Assembly (NCBI GenBank): GCA_964434115.1
Contig: CAYSSX010000001.1
Location: 397,911 to 461,910, forward strand
Source: an uncultured bacterium
GTDB taxonomy: Bacteria; Omnitrophota; Omnitrophia; Omnitrophales; Aquincolibacteriaceae
Direction of reading: 5' to 3'
Length of the DNA stretch: 64,000 bases
The position numbers were made by a program, and so were the translations under genes. Below the pieces are notes generated by a model. It searched no databases. It was not told where the DNA came from and saw only the letters and a list, made by a program, of their open reading frames with translations. Shown one piece after another: positions 28,480 through 36,457 of this stretch; position 1 is the stretch's first letter, and every line of letters begins with the position of its first letter.

Positions 28480-28986
28480 TTACTTTTCAGTCTTGGCCCA
28501 GATCTCCTTAGCCTTGTTCATTTGCCCCTCATTGAGAACGGCCCTCAGCTTGGCGTAATCAGCGAGTGTCGCTTTGGCCGAGGTCGCCCAACCGGCTGAA
28601 GCTTGATCAATGAACGCATTTAAAGCCGCCATATCCAGCACGGGTTCTGACATTTTATCCATCAGATCCATCTGGAAAATTTCCATCTCCGCCTTGGAGC
28701 GGATCATGGACTTCTTGGTCGTGCTCTTAATGGCCTTGATCTGGGAGACCTGATCGTCAGAAAGCCCGATCGCTTCCTTGTTGGAAAGGAAGAATTTTGC
28801 CTTCTTCATGATTTTCGCGGCAATAGGACATTCCCCCTCGCTTGAACAATCGTCCCCTTGATCGCACCCTTTCTTGTCATGAAAGGAGCAGCGCCCGCCT
28901 TCACATTCATGATTCGCAAACGCGGGGGCTCCAAGAAGAGACAACATCATCAACAAACCCAGCAAAAATCCAATCGACTTTTTCAT
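28480..28986 (-). CDS. ZraP/CpxP/Spy-family periplasmic protein with an N-terminal Cys-rich metal-binding segment
   Basis: Signal peptide, then a Cys/His cluster (HECEGGRCSFHDKKGCDQGDDCSSEGECP), then two LxxxQ helical motifs (LSDDQVSQIKAI and LNEGQMNKAKEI) typical of the ZraP/CpxP heavy-metal-resistance family. Confidence 0.6.
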   Translation of the reverse strand: MKKSIGFLLGLLMMLSLLGAPAFANHECEGGRCSFHDKKGCDQGDDCSSEGECPIAAKIMKKAKFFLSNKEAIGLSDDQVSQIKAIKSTTKKSMIRSKAEMEIFQMDLMDKMSEPVLDMAALNAFIDQASAGWATSAKATLADYAKLRAVLNEGQMNKAKEIWAKTEK

Positions 28987-29093
28987 AAGACTTTCTCCTT
29001 TAGGTTAATAATTACGTGGAAGATTAGACGAGCAGCCGAGATTGCTTTCCCATCTCGGCTGAGTTTTAAATAAACGGCTTTTTTGGGAGAATC

Positions 29094-29513
29094 TCAAATC
29101 AGGAGAGTGCGAAAAAGCAGAAAAATCGGCTGCGGCGGAAGCACATCCCTGCCGGAAACCGGAGCAAAAGAAACCTGAGGAACTTGAAAAACTGCAGGCA
29201 CTGAATGCTCTGCGGCTGAAAACGCATTTAAAGAAGCACTGGGAACAATCCCTTGAAAGCGCCCGGCTTGTTCAGCCGCCGAACTGTGGTAAAAGCACTG
29301 GCCGGCGCAATCATTCCCCGCTTTCGCAGTCTTTTTGGCGCAGCAGTCATGCCCGGAAACCGCCATTTGATGGCCTTTCGGAGCTGTTTCAGACGCGTGC
29401 GCGCAGCGGCAAAACGCCGGGACAGCCGTGAAAATAAAAAAAAGCAGCGTAAAAATCGCTGCTTTTCGCTGGCCGCTAAACCGGGATTTAGGAAAGGGTT
29501 TTATCGCTTTCAT
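29094..29513 (-). CDS. small Cys/His-rich membrane-anchored protein, copy 2 (paralog of 18912..19343)
   Basis: Start MKAIKPFPKSRFSGQRKAAIFTLLFFIFTAVPAFCRCAHASE. It shares the RKAA(V/I)FTLLFF, C.CAHA.E, HDCC.K and C-terminal (I/L)(F/Y)(L/V)LFR(T/S)LLI blocks with copy 1. The listed ORF extends to 29549. Confidence 0.5.
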   Translation of the reverse strand: MKAIKPFPKSRFSGQRKAAIFTLLFFIFTAVPAFCRCAHASETAPKGHQMAVSGHDCCAKKTAKAGNDCAGQCFYHSSAAEQAGRFQGIVPSASLNAFSAAEHSVPAVFQVPQVSFAPVSGRDVLPPQPIFLLFRTLLI

Positions 29514-29553
29514 AGTGGACAGGCTAACCCTGTTCTTAAAACAAGTCAAGCAG

Positions 29554-29831
29554 CCGATTAGTTTGAGGGCAAGCCGAGGCTTGCCCCTTACTAATCGGCA
29601 ATAGGTGAGATGTTAATCTCATGCACCTGGGGATTAACATCTCATCGTCGAGCCAGCTGAAATAGCTTTTCATTTCAGCACTAGGTGAAGTGAAAACTCC
29701 GGCCTTAGGGAGTTATCACTTCATCGCACGAGGAATAACTGTAAGCTTCAGGCGGGAATGCAGCCGGTAAGCACCGCTTACCGGCAACAGGTGAATATTA
29801 CTCTCACGCTTCTGGGGAGTAATATTTCACC
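29554..29831. repeat. dense array of bipartite hairpin repeat elements (two class-1 units and one class-2 unit)
   Basis: Palindrome 29554-29597; a class-1 unit at 29598-29646 (CAATAGGTGA, stem GAGATGTTAATC / GATTAACATCTC, loop TCATGCACCTGGGG, CATCG); hairpin 29655-29678; a class-2 unit at 29679-29731; palindrome CCGGTAAGCaccGCTTACCGG at 29764-29784; a class-1 unit at 29785-29831 (CAACAGGTGA, stem ATATTACTC / GAGTAATAT, loop TCACGCTTCTGGGG, TCACCG). Confidence 0.7.
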
Positions 29832-30062
29832 GCCCAGGAAACGGCGTAAAGTGAAGTGAATCCTTTTATTGAATTTGGGTCGTTTGGGAGGGGTACCTAA
29901 TTTTAGTTGTTTGTTTTTGCAACCCAAACATCCTTTTGTTTCAGCTGAACAGCCCCCCTCCTCCTTGTGTAAAACAACGGATGTGTTATCGTTTACATGA
30001 GAGTTGCTCATAACCTTCTGTGAGTGGCCGAAGTTCCAATCATAAAATACCCGGGGGTTCAC

Positions 30063-30749
30063 ATGAAGCACTTCAAACTTTTTTCTCTTAATCTTGTTTT
30101 TTGCATGTCCATTCTTTCCCTGCCTCTTCACGCTCAAGGGGAAATGGGCTTTGTTGAACAAGGTGCGGAGCCAGTTCAGCCTGTTGCCACGGTAGAGAAC
30201 AGCGCGCCAGAGACTTCAACGGACCAGCCTACGCAAGGAGATGCCTTTTCTGATTTTATGCAGCCCGGTGCCTTAGCAGCGGCATCTGAGGATCCCATGG
30301 AAGGGACTGCAGAAAATCCGCCTGCAAACAATCCCAACAAAACTGAAACAGTCACAGTTGCACCGGACGGCACAAAGACCGTTATAACGGAGGAAATAGA
30401 AAAGGACAGCCAGGGCAATCAGAAGTCTCGAACGCTTTCAACCTCAGTTTACAACAGTGAAGGAACTCTTACGCATTGGGAGATGAGTTCTTTCGATGAA
30501 AATAATCAATTTGTTTTCAAAAGCTGGGATGACTTTAACAGTCAGGGATGGTTGATGGAACAAGGGACGGAATATGCTGATGGGAGCAAGGAAGTCACCA
30601 ACTACACCTATGATCCTGACGGCTATGTCATCGAGATCACTCAAGTGAAAGTCAAAGCAAACGGTGAGACTACTACTAAAATCGACAATCCGAAGAATTC
30701 GCTGTCCGCGAAAGAACTTATCATTAAGCAAAGTAAATCGAAAAAATAA
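30063..30749 (+). CDS. secreted hypothetical protein at the left end of the lower-GC island
   Basis: Start MKHFKLFSLNLVFCMSILSLPLHAQG gives a signal peptide. The protein is rich in Thr/Asn/Glu and has no catalytic motifs. Its GC content is lower than the flanking chromosome. Confidence 0.5.
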   Translation: MKHFKLFSLNLVFCMSILSLPLHAQGEMGFVEQGAEPVQPVATVENSAPETSTDQPTQGDAFSDFMQPGALAAASEDPMEGTAENPPANNPNKTETVTVAPDGTKTVITEEIEKDSQGNQKSRTLSTSVYNSEGTLTHWEMSSFDENNQFVFKSWDDFNSQGWLMEQGTEYADGSKEVTNYTYDPDGYVIEITQVKVKANGETTTKIDNPKNSLSAKELIIKQSKSKK

Positions 30750-30830
30750 TCCAGAGTGCGCGGGAGGTTTTGGCCATTAAAACTTACCTGTCCCGTGCGA
30801 ACACTGAAGCCTCAAACTTCAGGGAGCCTG

Positions 30831-30874
30831 CCGAAAATAAGAACTTTTCGGCTTTGGTACCCGGTACCTTTTTT
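30831..30874. terminator. bidirectional terminator between two convergent genes
   Basis: Hairpin CCGAAAAtaagaacTTTTCGG (30831-30851), then palindrome GGTACCcGGTACC (30856-30868), then TTTTTT (30869-30874), which overlaps the stop codon of the minus-strand ATPase gene. Confidence 0.5.
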
Positions 30875-33203
30875 ACACATCAGCTGCCCCGAAATACATA
30901 TCTTTAAAACTCAAACGGGATGTATTTAAACCATATTTTTGAAATTTATATCTCATAAAGGCAGACATTTTATCCTCGTGAGTTGATAAAAATATCTGTC
31001 GGTCAGAAAATTCATTCCTTAGCAAATCAACCAAACTCGATATGTTTAACTCATCAAGCGTCTGAACAGGATCATCAATAAACAACATTTTATTCTGAGA
31101 GTATCTTTTATTTAGAGTTAAAGTAAAAGCTAAAATCAAAACCGCTAATTGCCCGGAACTCATTGTGAAAATTGCATCATAGGATTTCTTGGGGTCGGGT
31201 AAAAACCTAATGCCATTTTTATCAGAAATAAATAACCCCATCCCCTCTTGGCAGTCCTGAACAATCCGCCCCGAATATAAATGAAATAATATTTCAATAT
31301 CAGCAATAATTTTTCTTTGATACTCCAAAAGGGATTTCTCGTAAATCCTCTTAAGCTTATTTAGCCCATCCTTCATCTTTGAGGCATTCTCGAAGCGCCC
31401 CTGACTTTCATCATATTCTCTCTTTCGATCTTTTAAAGATTTACTCTGATGTAATGAATACTGCCATTTAATGTACTCTTTTTTCTCATCAATATCTTTA
31501 ATACTTATTTCCCTAACCAATTCTGATTTCTCATTAAAAAATTTCAGAAAAATGTCGGCAAAATACGGCTTTATCTTTGTCGCGTCTAAAGGTCGCTTTT
31601 GTTCTACTAATGCTTTTTTTAGAGATGCTAACTTTGAATCCAAATTCGATTTGGGCTCATCCAAATCCTGAACAATAATACCCTTTTGACGCAATTGCTC
31701 ACCAATAGCTATAAGTGTAGATTGATTGCGAACCGCAGCTTGAAGCCCAGCTACAAAAACCTCATCAATGGGGTTGCTAATTAAATAATCATTCAACATT
31801 TTCTTAATGGGGATAATGAACTCGGCCTCGAACCTTTCAACCAGTGATTTTAAATCTTTACCGGATTCTTCCGTTAATTTTCGAAAGCGATTCTGTTGAA
31901 CTTCAATTTGAAGCTTTAATACATCTAATGACACCCAGTCATGTCCGCACATCGGGCATTCTGTTTCTTTGCTTAATTCCGTAAAAGCAGTAAATATTCG
32001 AGCGAATGAGCTTCTGGAGTCTTCTAACTTAGCCACAATTTCTGAAAATTTATTTAGTGACGCGGATTGCTCAGCAATATTTTGCTTTACGCGATCATAT
32101 GCTTTAAAATCAATTTGATGAGATAAAACAGATTCAACCCTTGCTAAAACCACATTCTTGTCCAACGCAAATTTTAAGGTACCCTTATCAAACTCCGCCA
32201 AGATTCTTTTGATCTCCTGACGAATACTCAATTTATTCACATAAAGTTCAACATCATTTAAATGCTTCGAATACAAAATTATTTGTTTTAGAGAGGCCTC
32301 CTGACCGATCAAACCATCTAATTCGCGGTTCCTTTTCTCCTGTTCGAAAATATCAATATTACCTATAAGTGATTTAACTTTTTCCAACAAGCCATCTTCG
32401 CCAATCCAGCTAGCATACTGACCCTCTTTAAATTGCACTTGTTGTCTATCCCAATCAAAGTCGCCCCACGCGAAAAGCTTCGCGTATGCCACCTCGCGAA
32501 TATCACCTAACATCTCCGCCTCAATCGCTTCTATTTCTTTTTTTAAGATTTCTAGTCGGCTAGATTCAGCAGCGCCGCACAGTTCGCCGATCTTCGAAAT
32601 CGAATCTTTAATTTTATCTACTTGATTTTGGAAGCTAAGAGTATTGAACAAATAATCAATAGCATCTTTTCTTTCTCGATCTTTACATTTCAGCAAAGCA
32701 ATATTCTCTTCCTGCTCTACGTAATGGAGAAAACGAAAATTCTCACGGTAATTTAACCCTAACAACTCTTTCAAATAATCATTTTCATTCTTTACCAAAT
32801 TGCCTTCTGTAGCTTCAAAAGCTGTCAGTTCATATAATGGAGAGACGAATTCAGATATCCTCGTCTTTTGAGATAGCTCCAAACGAGTACTCTTCCTCAT
32901 CAATATTCTATCCTTACCATTAGCTTCGATTACGGCTTTGATAATAAGGTCACCGTCCTTGCGCCTACTATTTAAATAAGGATTTTCAGTAAAACTCTCA
33001 CGCCCATCTGTTGCAAGCTTGGCCCATTCTTCATACCTACGAATTTTCCCAGTAAGGAGTAGCTCCATAGCGTCAAAAAATGTGGTTTTCCCAAAGCCAT
33101 TCGGACCATCAAAAATAATAAAGTCCGAATCGTTAAGGTCAACCGAAAACGTTTGAAAAACCTTAAAATTTTCTATGTGAAATTTTCTAATTTTAATGCC
33201 CAT
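30873..33203 (-). CDS. SMC/Rad50-like ABC ATPase with a long coiled coil and a central CPxC hook (LmuB-like, Lamassu/ABC-3C-type defence ATPase)
   Basis: Walker A GPNGFGKTT; ABC signature MSSGQ; Walker B MLFIDDP; H-loop STHE. About 500 aa of coiled-coil sequence lie between the head halves. ETECPMCGHDW is encoded at about 31935-31967, at the midpoint, like a Rad50 zinc hook. The preferred start is MGIKIRKFHIENFKVF at 33203; the listed ORF starts at 33218. The gene is low in GC. Confidence 0.75.
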   Translation of the reverse strand: MGIKIRKFHIENFKVFQTFSVDLNDSDFIIFDGPNGFGKTTFFDAMELLLTGKIRRYEEWAKLATDGRESFTENPYLNSRRKDGDLIIKAVIEANGKDRILMRKSTRLELSQKTRISEFVSPLYELTAFEATEGNLVKNENDYLKELLGLNYRENFRFLHYVEQEENIALLKCKDRERKDAIDYLFNTLSFQNQVDKIKDSISKIGELCGAAESSRLEILKKEIEAIEAEMLGDIREVAYAKLFAWGDFDWDRQQVQFKEGQYASWIGEDGLLEKVKSLIGNIDIFEQEKRNRELDGLIGQEASLKQIILYSKHLNDVELYVNKLSIRQEIKRILAEFDKGTLKFALDKNVVLARVESVLSHQIDFKAYDRVKQNIAEQSASLNKFSEIVAKLEDSRSSFARIFTAFTELSKETECPMCGHDWVSLDVLKLQIEVQQNRFRKLTEESGKDLKSLVERFEAEFIIPIKKMLNDYLISNPIDEVFVAGLQAAVRNQSTLIAIGEQLRQKGIIVQDLDEPKSNLDSKLASLKKALVEQKRPLDATKIKPYFADIFLKFFNEKSELVREISIKDIDEKKEYIKWQYSLHQSKSLKDRKREYDESQGRFENASKMKDGLNKLKRIYEKSLLEYQRKIIADIEILFHLYSGRIVQDCQEGMGLFISDKNGIRFLPDPKKSYDAIFTMSSGQLAVLILAFTLTLNKRYSQNKMLFIDDPVQTLDELNISSLVDLLRNEFSDRQIFLSTHEDKMSAFMRYKFQKYGLNTSRLSFKDMYFGAADV

Positions 33204-33900
33204 TTTGATCACCTTCAAAAAACGGCCATAACAATTTGTAAAATTCGCTTGGCTTCATATTTTTTATATCACCCGATGAGACTTTATCGAGTACCGTCAT
33301 TAGCGATTTATTAACGTCTAGCATTCCATCTTTAGCCAAGGCCTTGTCATGCTCCTCAAGTAATGATTGCAGCCCTTGAGACTCACCAATATTAATTTTT
33401 ATGAAAGGCAATTTAATTGCTAATCGATAGATTAAAGATTGCCATGTTTTTACATAGGGATCATTTTTATAGTCATCAAATATTTGCTTAGAAACAATGC
33501 CGTCCTCTATGAATTTCGCGATGTCTCTTTCTGCAATTTGGTTTTGTAATTGCTGCAACTCTTTAGCAGCATAACCCAAAACATACTTTTTAAAAAAATA
33601 CGGGTCTTCCTCTATTTTCATTTTATTTTTTTTAAACTGTTCGCGCGGCACGCTTCCATCTGTTTCCCACAGCACCAACATCGAAAGATTTTTATCAACT
33701 CCAGGTTCAGAGCAAATTTTCTTACACTCGTTAAAATTAAAAGCCTGTTGCTCTAAAACCGAATCGATTTTGTCGGTTACTTTTATTACAAGCCAATACT
33801 GTTCGCGATTTTCGTTGGCACTCTCACAGAAAAGTCCGTTTTTAAATTCGAAAGTTTTAAATCCGTACCGCTCGAAAAGGATTTTTGTCAGCTCAAGCAT
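33193..33900 (-). CDS. small protein encoded between effector and ATPase (LmuC-like/middle component), function unknown
   Basis: 235 aa. It overlaps the upstream gene by 8 nt and the downstream ATPase by about 11 nt, consistent with a three-gene operon. It is low in GC and has no catalytic motifs. Confidence 0.5.
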   Translation of the reverse strand: MLELTKILFERYGFKTFEFKNGLFCESANENREQYWLVIKVTDKIDSVLEQQAFNFNECKKICSEPGVDKNLSMLVLWETDGSVPREQFKKNKMKIEEDPYFFKKYVLGYAAKELQQLQNQIAERDIAKFIEDGIVSKQIFDDYKNDPYVKTWQSLIYRLAIKLPFIKINIGESQGLQSLLEEHDKALAKDGMLDVNKSLMTVLDKVSSGDIKNMKPSEFYKLLWPFFEGDQNGH

Positions 33901-35176
33901 TGATAATTCCTTTCGCTTCAGCCAAAGGGATTAATGCGATTTTTTTCCATAATGTAATGCGATTATATTCGCTGGCTTTTTGAGAGTCATTTTTTGCTGT
34001 ATCTAAGACGTGAGGGGCTTTATCGGTAATAGAATCCACTTTTATATCGGTTGTGATTAGATTATCTCTTTCATAGCTAAGTCCCAAATCTGTTCGCAGG
34101 GCATTTTGAATGATTTTTTCACAAATAGCTGCATCATGGCTTGGACCGGCTTGAATAGCTGTCGGATAGTAGCGCTCAGATGCGCTCAAACATTCAAATA
34201 CGGATTTAGCTTCTTTAAAATCTAGCTGTTTAAGCTCGGCTAAGATTTTAAAAAAAGCACCCTGCACTTCCGATTGGATTAAAGTGTGGTTATGATAATC
34301 CGTTATCGAGTCAAATTTTATTTCTCGATGAGGTGTTATATTTTGAATGAAGGTCACAATGCTTTTAGTATCTAATTTTTCTATCGTCTCAAAGTAAGAA
34401 GCCATTTTTTTACAAAGTTCAGAATCGCTAAACTTTTCACAAAATTCCAGGTAATACCTGCGAAAATCCATTCGAATCAAATATAAAAAATATTTAGCAT
34501 CGCCACTTTGACTTAAGTTAGCATTCAAAATTGATGTAAATTCGGTCAGGTTTATTTTTTCTCGAAAAGCAACGGCGGCCATACTTCCTTTACTTTTTTG
34601 ACCCATCGCATGAATTTTCAAAACCCTGTCGTGGACAAGTTCAAACAAGAAGACCTTAACCTTCTGAATATAAGCGCTGTCACATCTCCAAGACTTTTCA
34701 GGTTCTGGAGAATGTTCAGAAAAATACTTCCTCACTTGTTCTTCTATTTTTGAATCAATGCCATCGACAGGACATTCATACCTTTCCTCATACTTGTAAA
34801 CCTTGACGGGGGAGAATTCAGATTCTATTTCACTAATAGGTTTGTTCGTAATCTCATTAGCCAAATGAAAAAAGGCGCGATCACAACCGTATTCAGAAGC
34901 GCGATTTTTTAATTTTTCAAAAGCACTATTTCCAGCCGAATCGTTATACCCACTAAAAGGTCCTTTTGCATGCGCTTTCACTTGGTGAAGAGATATTATT
35001 TCGTTTTCTTTTTTCAAAAGAGCAAAATCCTCTAAAGAATCTAATTGGAGATAGCAATCTTCCTGGGGGCGTTCGCACAAGGTCTTGATGACGTGATATA
35101 TAGCAACTTTCCCTTGATACACATAACCGCTCCATGAAGGAATTGCGGTATCTGGGAAGGCGGAGGCTTCGGGCAT
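33893..35176 (-). CDS. LmuA-like effector with an N-terminal Cap4-type (DUF4297-like) PD-(D/E)xK nuclease domain
   Basis: The N-terminal roughly 90 aa read SWSGYVYQGKVAIYHVIKTL...LQLDSLEDFALL...IISLHQVKA, which fits the GxxYQ ... E.(E/D)D ... QxK pattern of Cap4/LmuA nuclease domains. The roughly 330-aa C-terminal region is of unknown function. It lies 3 nt downstream of the preceding gene. Confidence 0.55.
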   Translation of the reverse strand: MPEASAFPDTAIPSWSGYVYQGKVAIYHVIKTLCERPQEDCYLQLDSLEDFALLKKENEIISLHQVKAHAKGPFSGYNDSAGNSAFEKLKNRASEYGCDRAFFHLANEITNKPISEIESEFSPVKVYKYEERYECPVDGIDSKIEEQVRKYFSEHSPEPEKSWRCDSAYIQKVKVFLFELVHDRVLKIHAMGQKSKGSMAAVAFREKINLTEFTSILNANLSQSGDAKYFLYLIRMDFRRYYLEFCEKFSDSELCKKMASYFETIEKLDTKSIVTFIQNITPHREIKFDSITDYHNHTLIQSEVQGAFFKILAELKQLDFKEAKSVFECLSASERYYPTAIQAGPSHDAAICEKIIQNALRTDLGLSYERDNLITTDIKVDSITDKAPHVLDTAKNDSQKASEYNRITLWKKIALIPLAEAKGIINA

Positions 35177-35179
35177 TAT

Positions 35180-36436
35180 TTATTCTTCCTTTGTATCATC
35201 GACTGGTAACTCCAATGGTTTTATTGCTTGAAGCGCATTACCAGCTAACCCCTCTAGATCCCCATACATGCCAGCCGTATTTGAGACGATTCGTTCAATT
35301 TGCTTTTGCCTTTTATCCCAAATGCGTTGCATGGCTCTTTTTTCGGCATCGAGATCTTCCTGCATAGTTCGGAAAGCTTCGATAATCGCTGTAACCTTAT
35401 TCCGAAATTCCGAACCTGTCACATACCGATAAATTAGTTCTTTTTTATCATCTTTGCTGCTTTCAATTTCCCGCGCGGTAGCCACTTGTATTAAAACCAT
35501 TCTTAACGCCAAAGCGAGGCTTAACGCAGAGGGAATGTCCGTTACCCACACGTCTTGTATTTGTCTAAAATGATGAAATCCCGGAGGAAGCGTTTCTGAT
35601 ACTAAAACAGACAGATCTGCTTTAGCTTCTCGCTGATCGTCTTTAAGCTTTAACAACCAAGATTCAGTCCAGTTCTTAGCCCGTTTGGTTTCCCAAAGGA
35701 TTTTTCCGCATACACGACCCGATTGCGTCCTGACAGTCTGTAAAATATCCCCGCCACGAACCCCCTTAGAAACCGGTTCAATTTCATCAAAAGGAAATTC
35801 TCGTCTGAAAGCAGCCTCAAGCTCAAGCTCTAATACTTCCCCCTGTGTTTGCTGCGAACCTTGCTCCATTTTTCGTTTAAGATCCTCAATCTGTTTTAAA
35901 GCGTCTGTTAACTTCTTTTCTTTTTCCGCATCCTTAAGCTTGTGCTGCTCTTCTAAACGGACAAACAGAGCATGCTCTATCTTCGCTCGTTCCTCATCAA
36001 GCTTTCTTGCCATATCCAACTCCAGAGATCTTTCCTTCTCTTCGAGTAAGTGTTGACGTTTGCGCAACTCAACTTCGTTATCCTGCGCAACCTTCAAACG
36101 CGCTCTCGCGGCATCAGCCTGCGCTTTCAGGTCTGCGAGCTCGACATCAACTGCTTCTTTGGCTTCCTTCTGAAGCTTTGTCTCCAATAACTTTCGTTGT
36201 TCTTTAAATCTCTGTTCTATTTCTAGCTCTCTTTGCACCAGCGCTTGGCGTTCGGCTTCGATTTTAGTTGCAAGCGATTTGTCTTTTTCCGCCAACTGTG
36301 ACCGCAAAGCCGCTTTTTCTTTATCCAAGGCCTGAAGATACTTTTGACGAGTTCTCTCTTCAATATCATGAGAAAGAGCTTCGGTAAGTGGTATTAGCTC
36401 ACCACATTTGGGACATTTAATTGATTCTTGGGCCAT
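35180..36436 (-). CDS. DUF2130-like protein: N-terminal zinc ribbon, long coiled coil and C-terminal PD-(D/E)xK-like nuclease fold
   Basis: CPKCGELIPL zinc-ribbon at the N-terminus, then about 200 aa of Glu/Lys/Arg/Leu-rich coiled coil, then a C-terminal GGDILQ...ILWETKRAKNW motif (D...ExK). Confidence 0.55.
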   Translation of the reverse strand: MAQESIKCPKCGELIPLTEALSHDIEERTRQKYLQALDKEKAALRSQLAEKDKSLATKIEAERQALVQRELEIEQRFKEQRKLLETKLQKEAKEAVDVELADLKAQADAARARLKVAQDNEVELRKRQHLLEEKERSLELDMARKLDEERAKIEHALFVRLEEQHKLKDAEKEKKLTDALKQIEDLKRKMEQGSQQTQGEVLELELEAAFRREFPFDEIEPVSKGVRGGDILQTVRTQSGRVCGKILWETKRAKNWTESWLLKLKDDQREAKADLSVLVSETLPPGFHHFRQIQDVWVTDIPSALSLALALRMVLIQVATAREIESSKDDKKELIYRYVTGSEFRNKVTAIIEAFRTMQEDLDAEKRAMQRIWDKRQKQIERIVSNTAGMYGDLEGLAGNALQAIKPLELPVDDTKEE

Positions 36437-36457
36437 ATTATCCTTCGCACATCTCGG

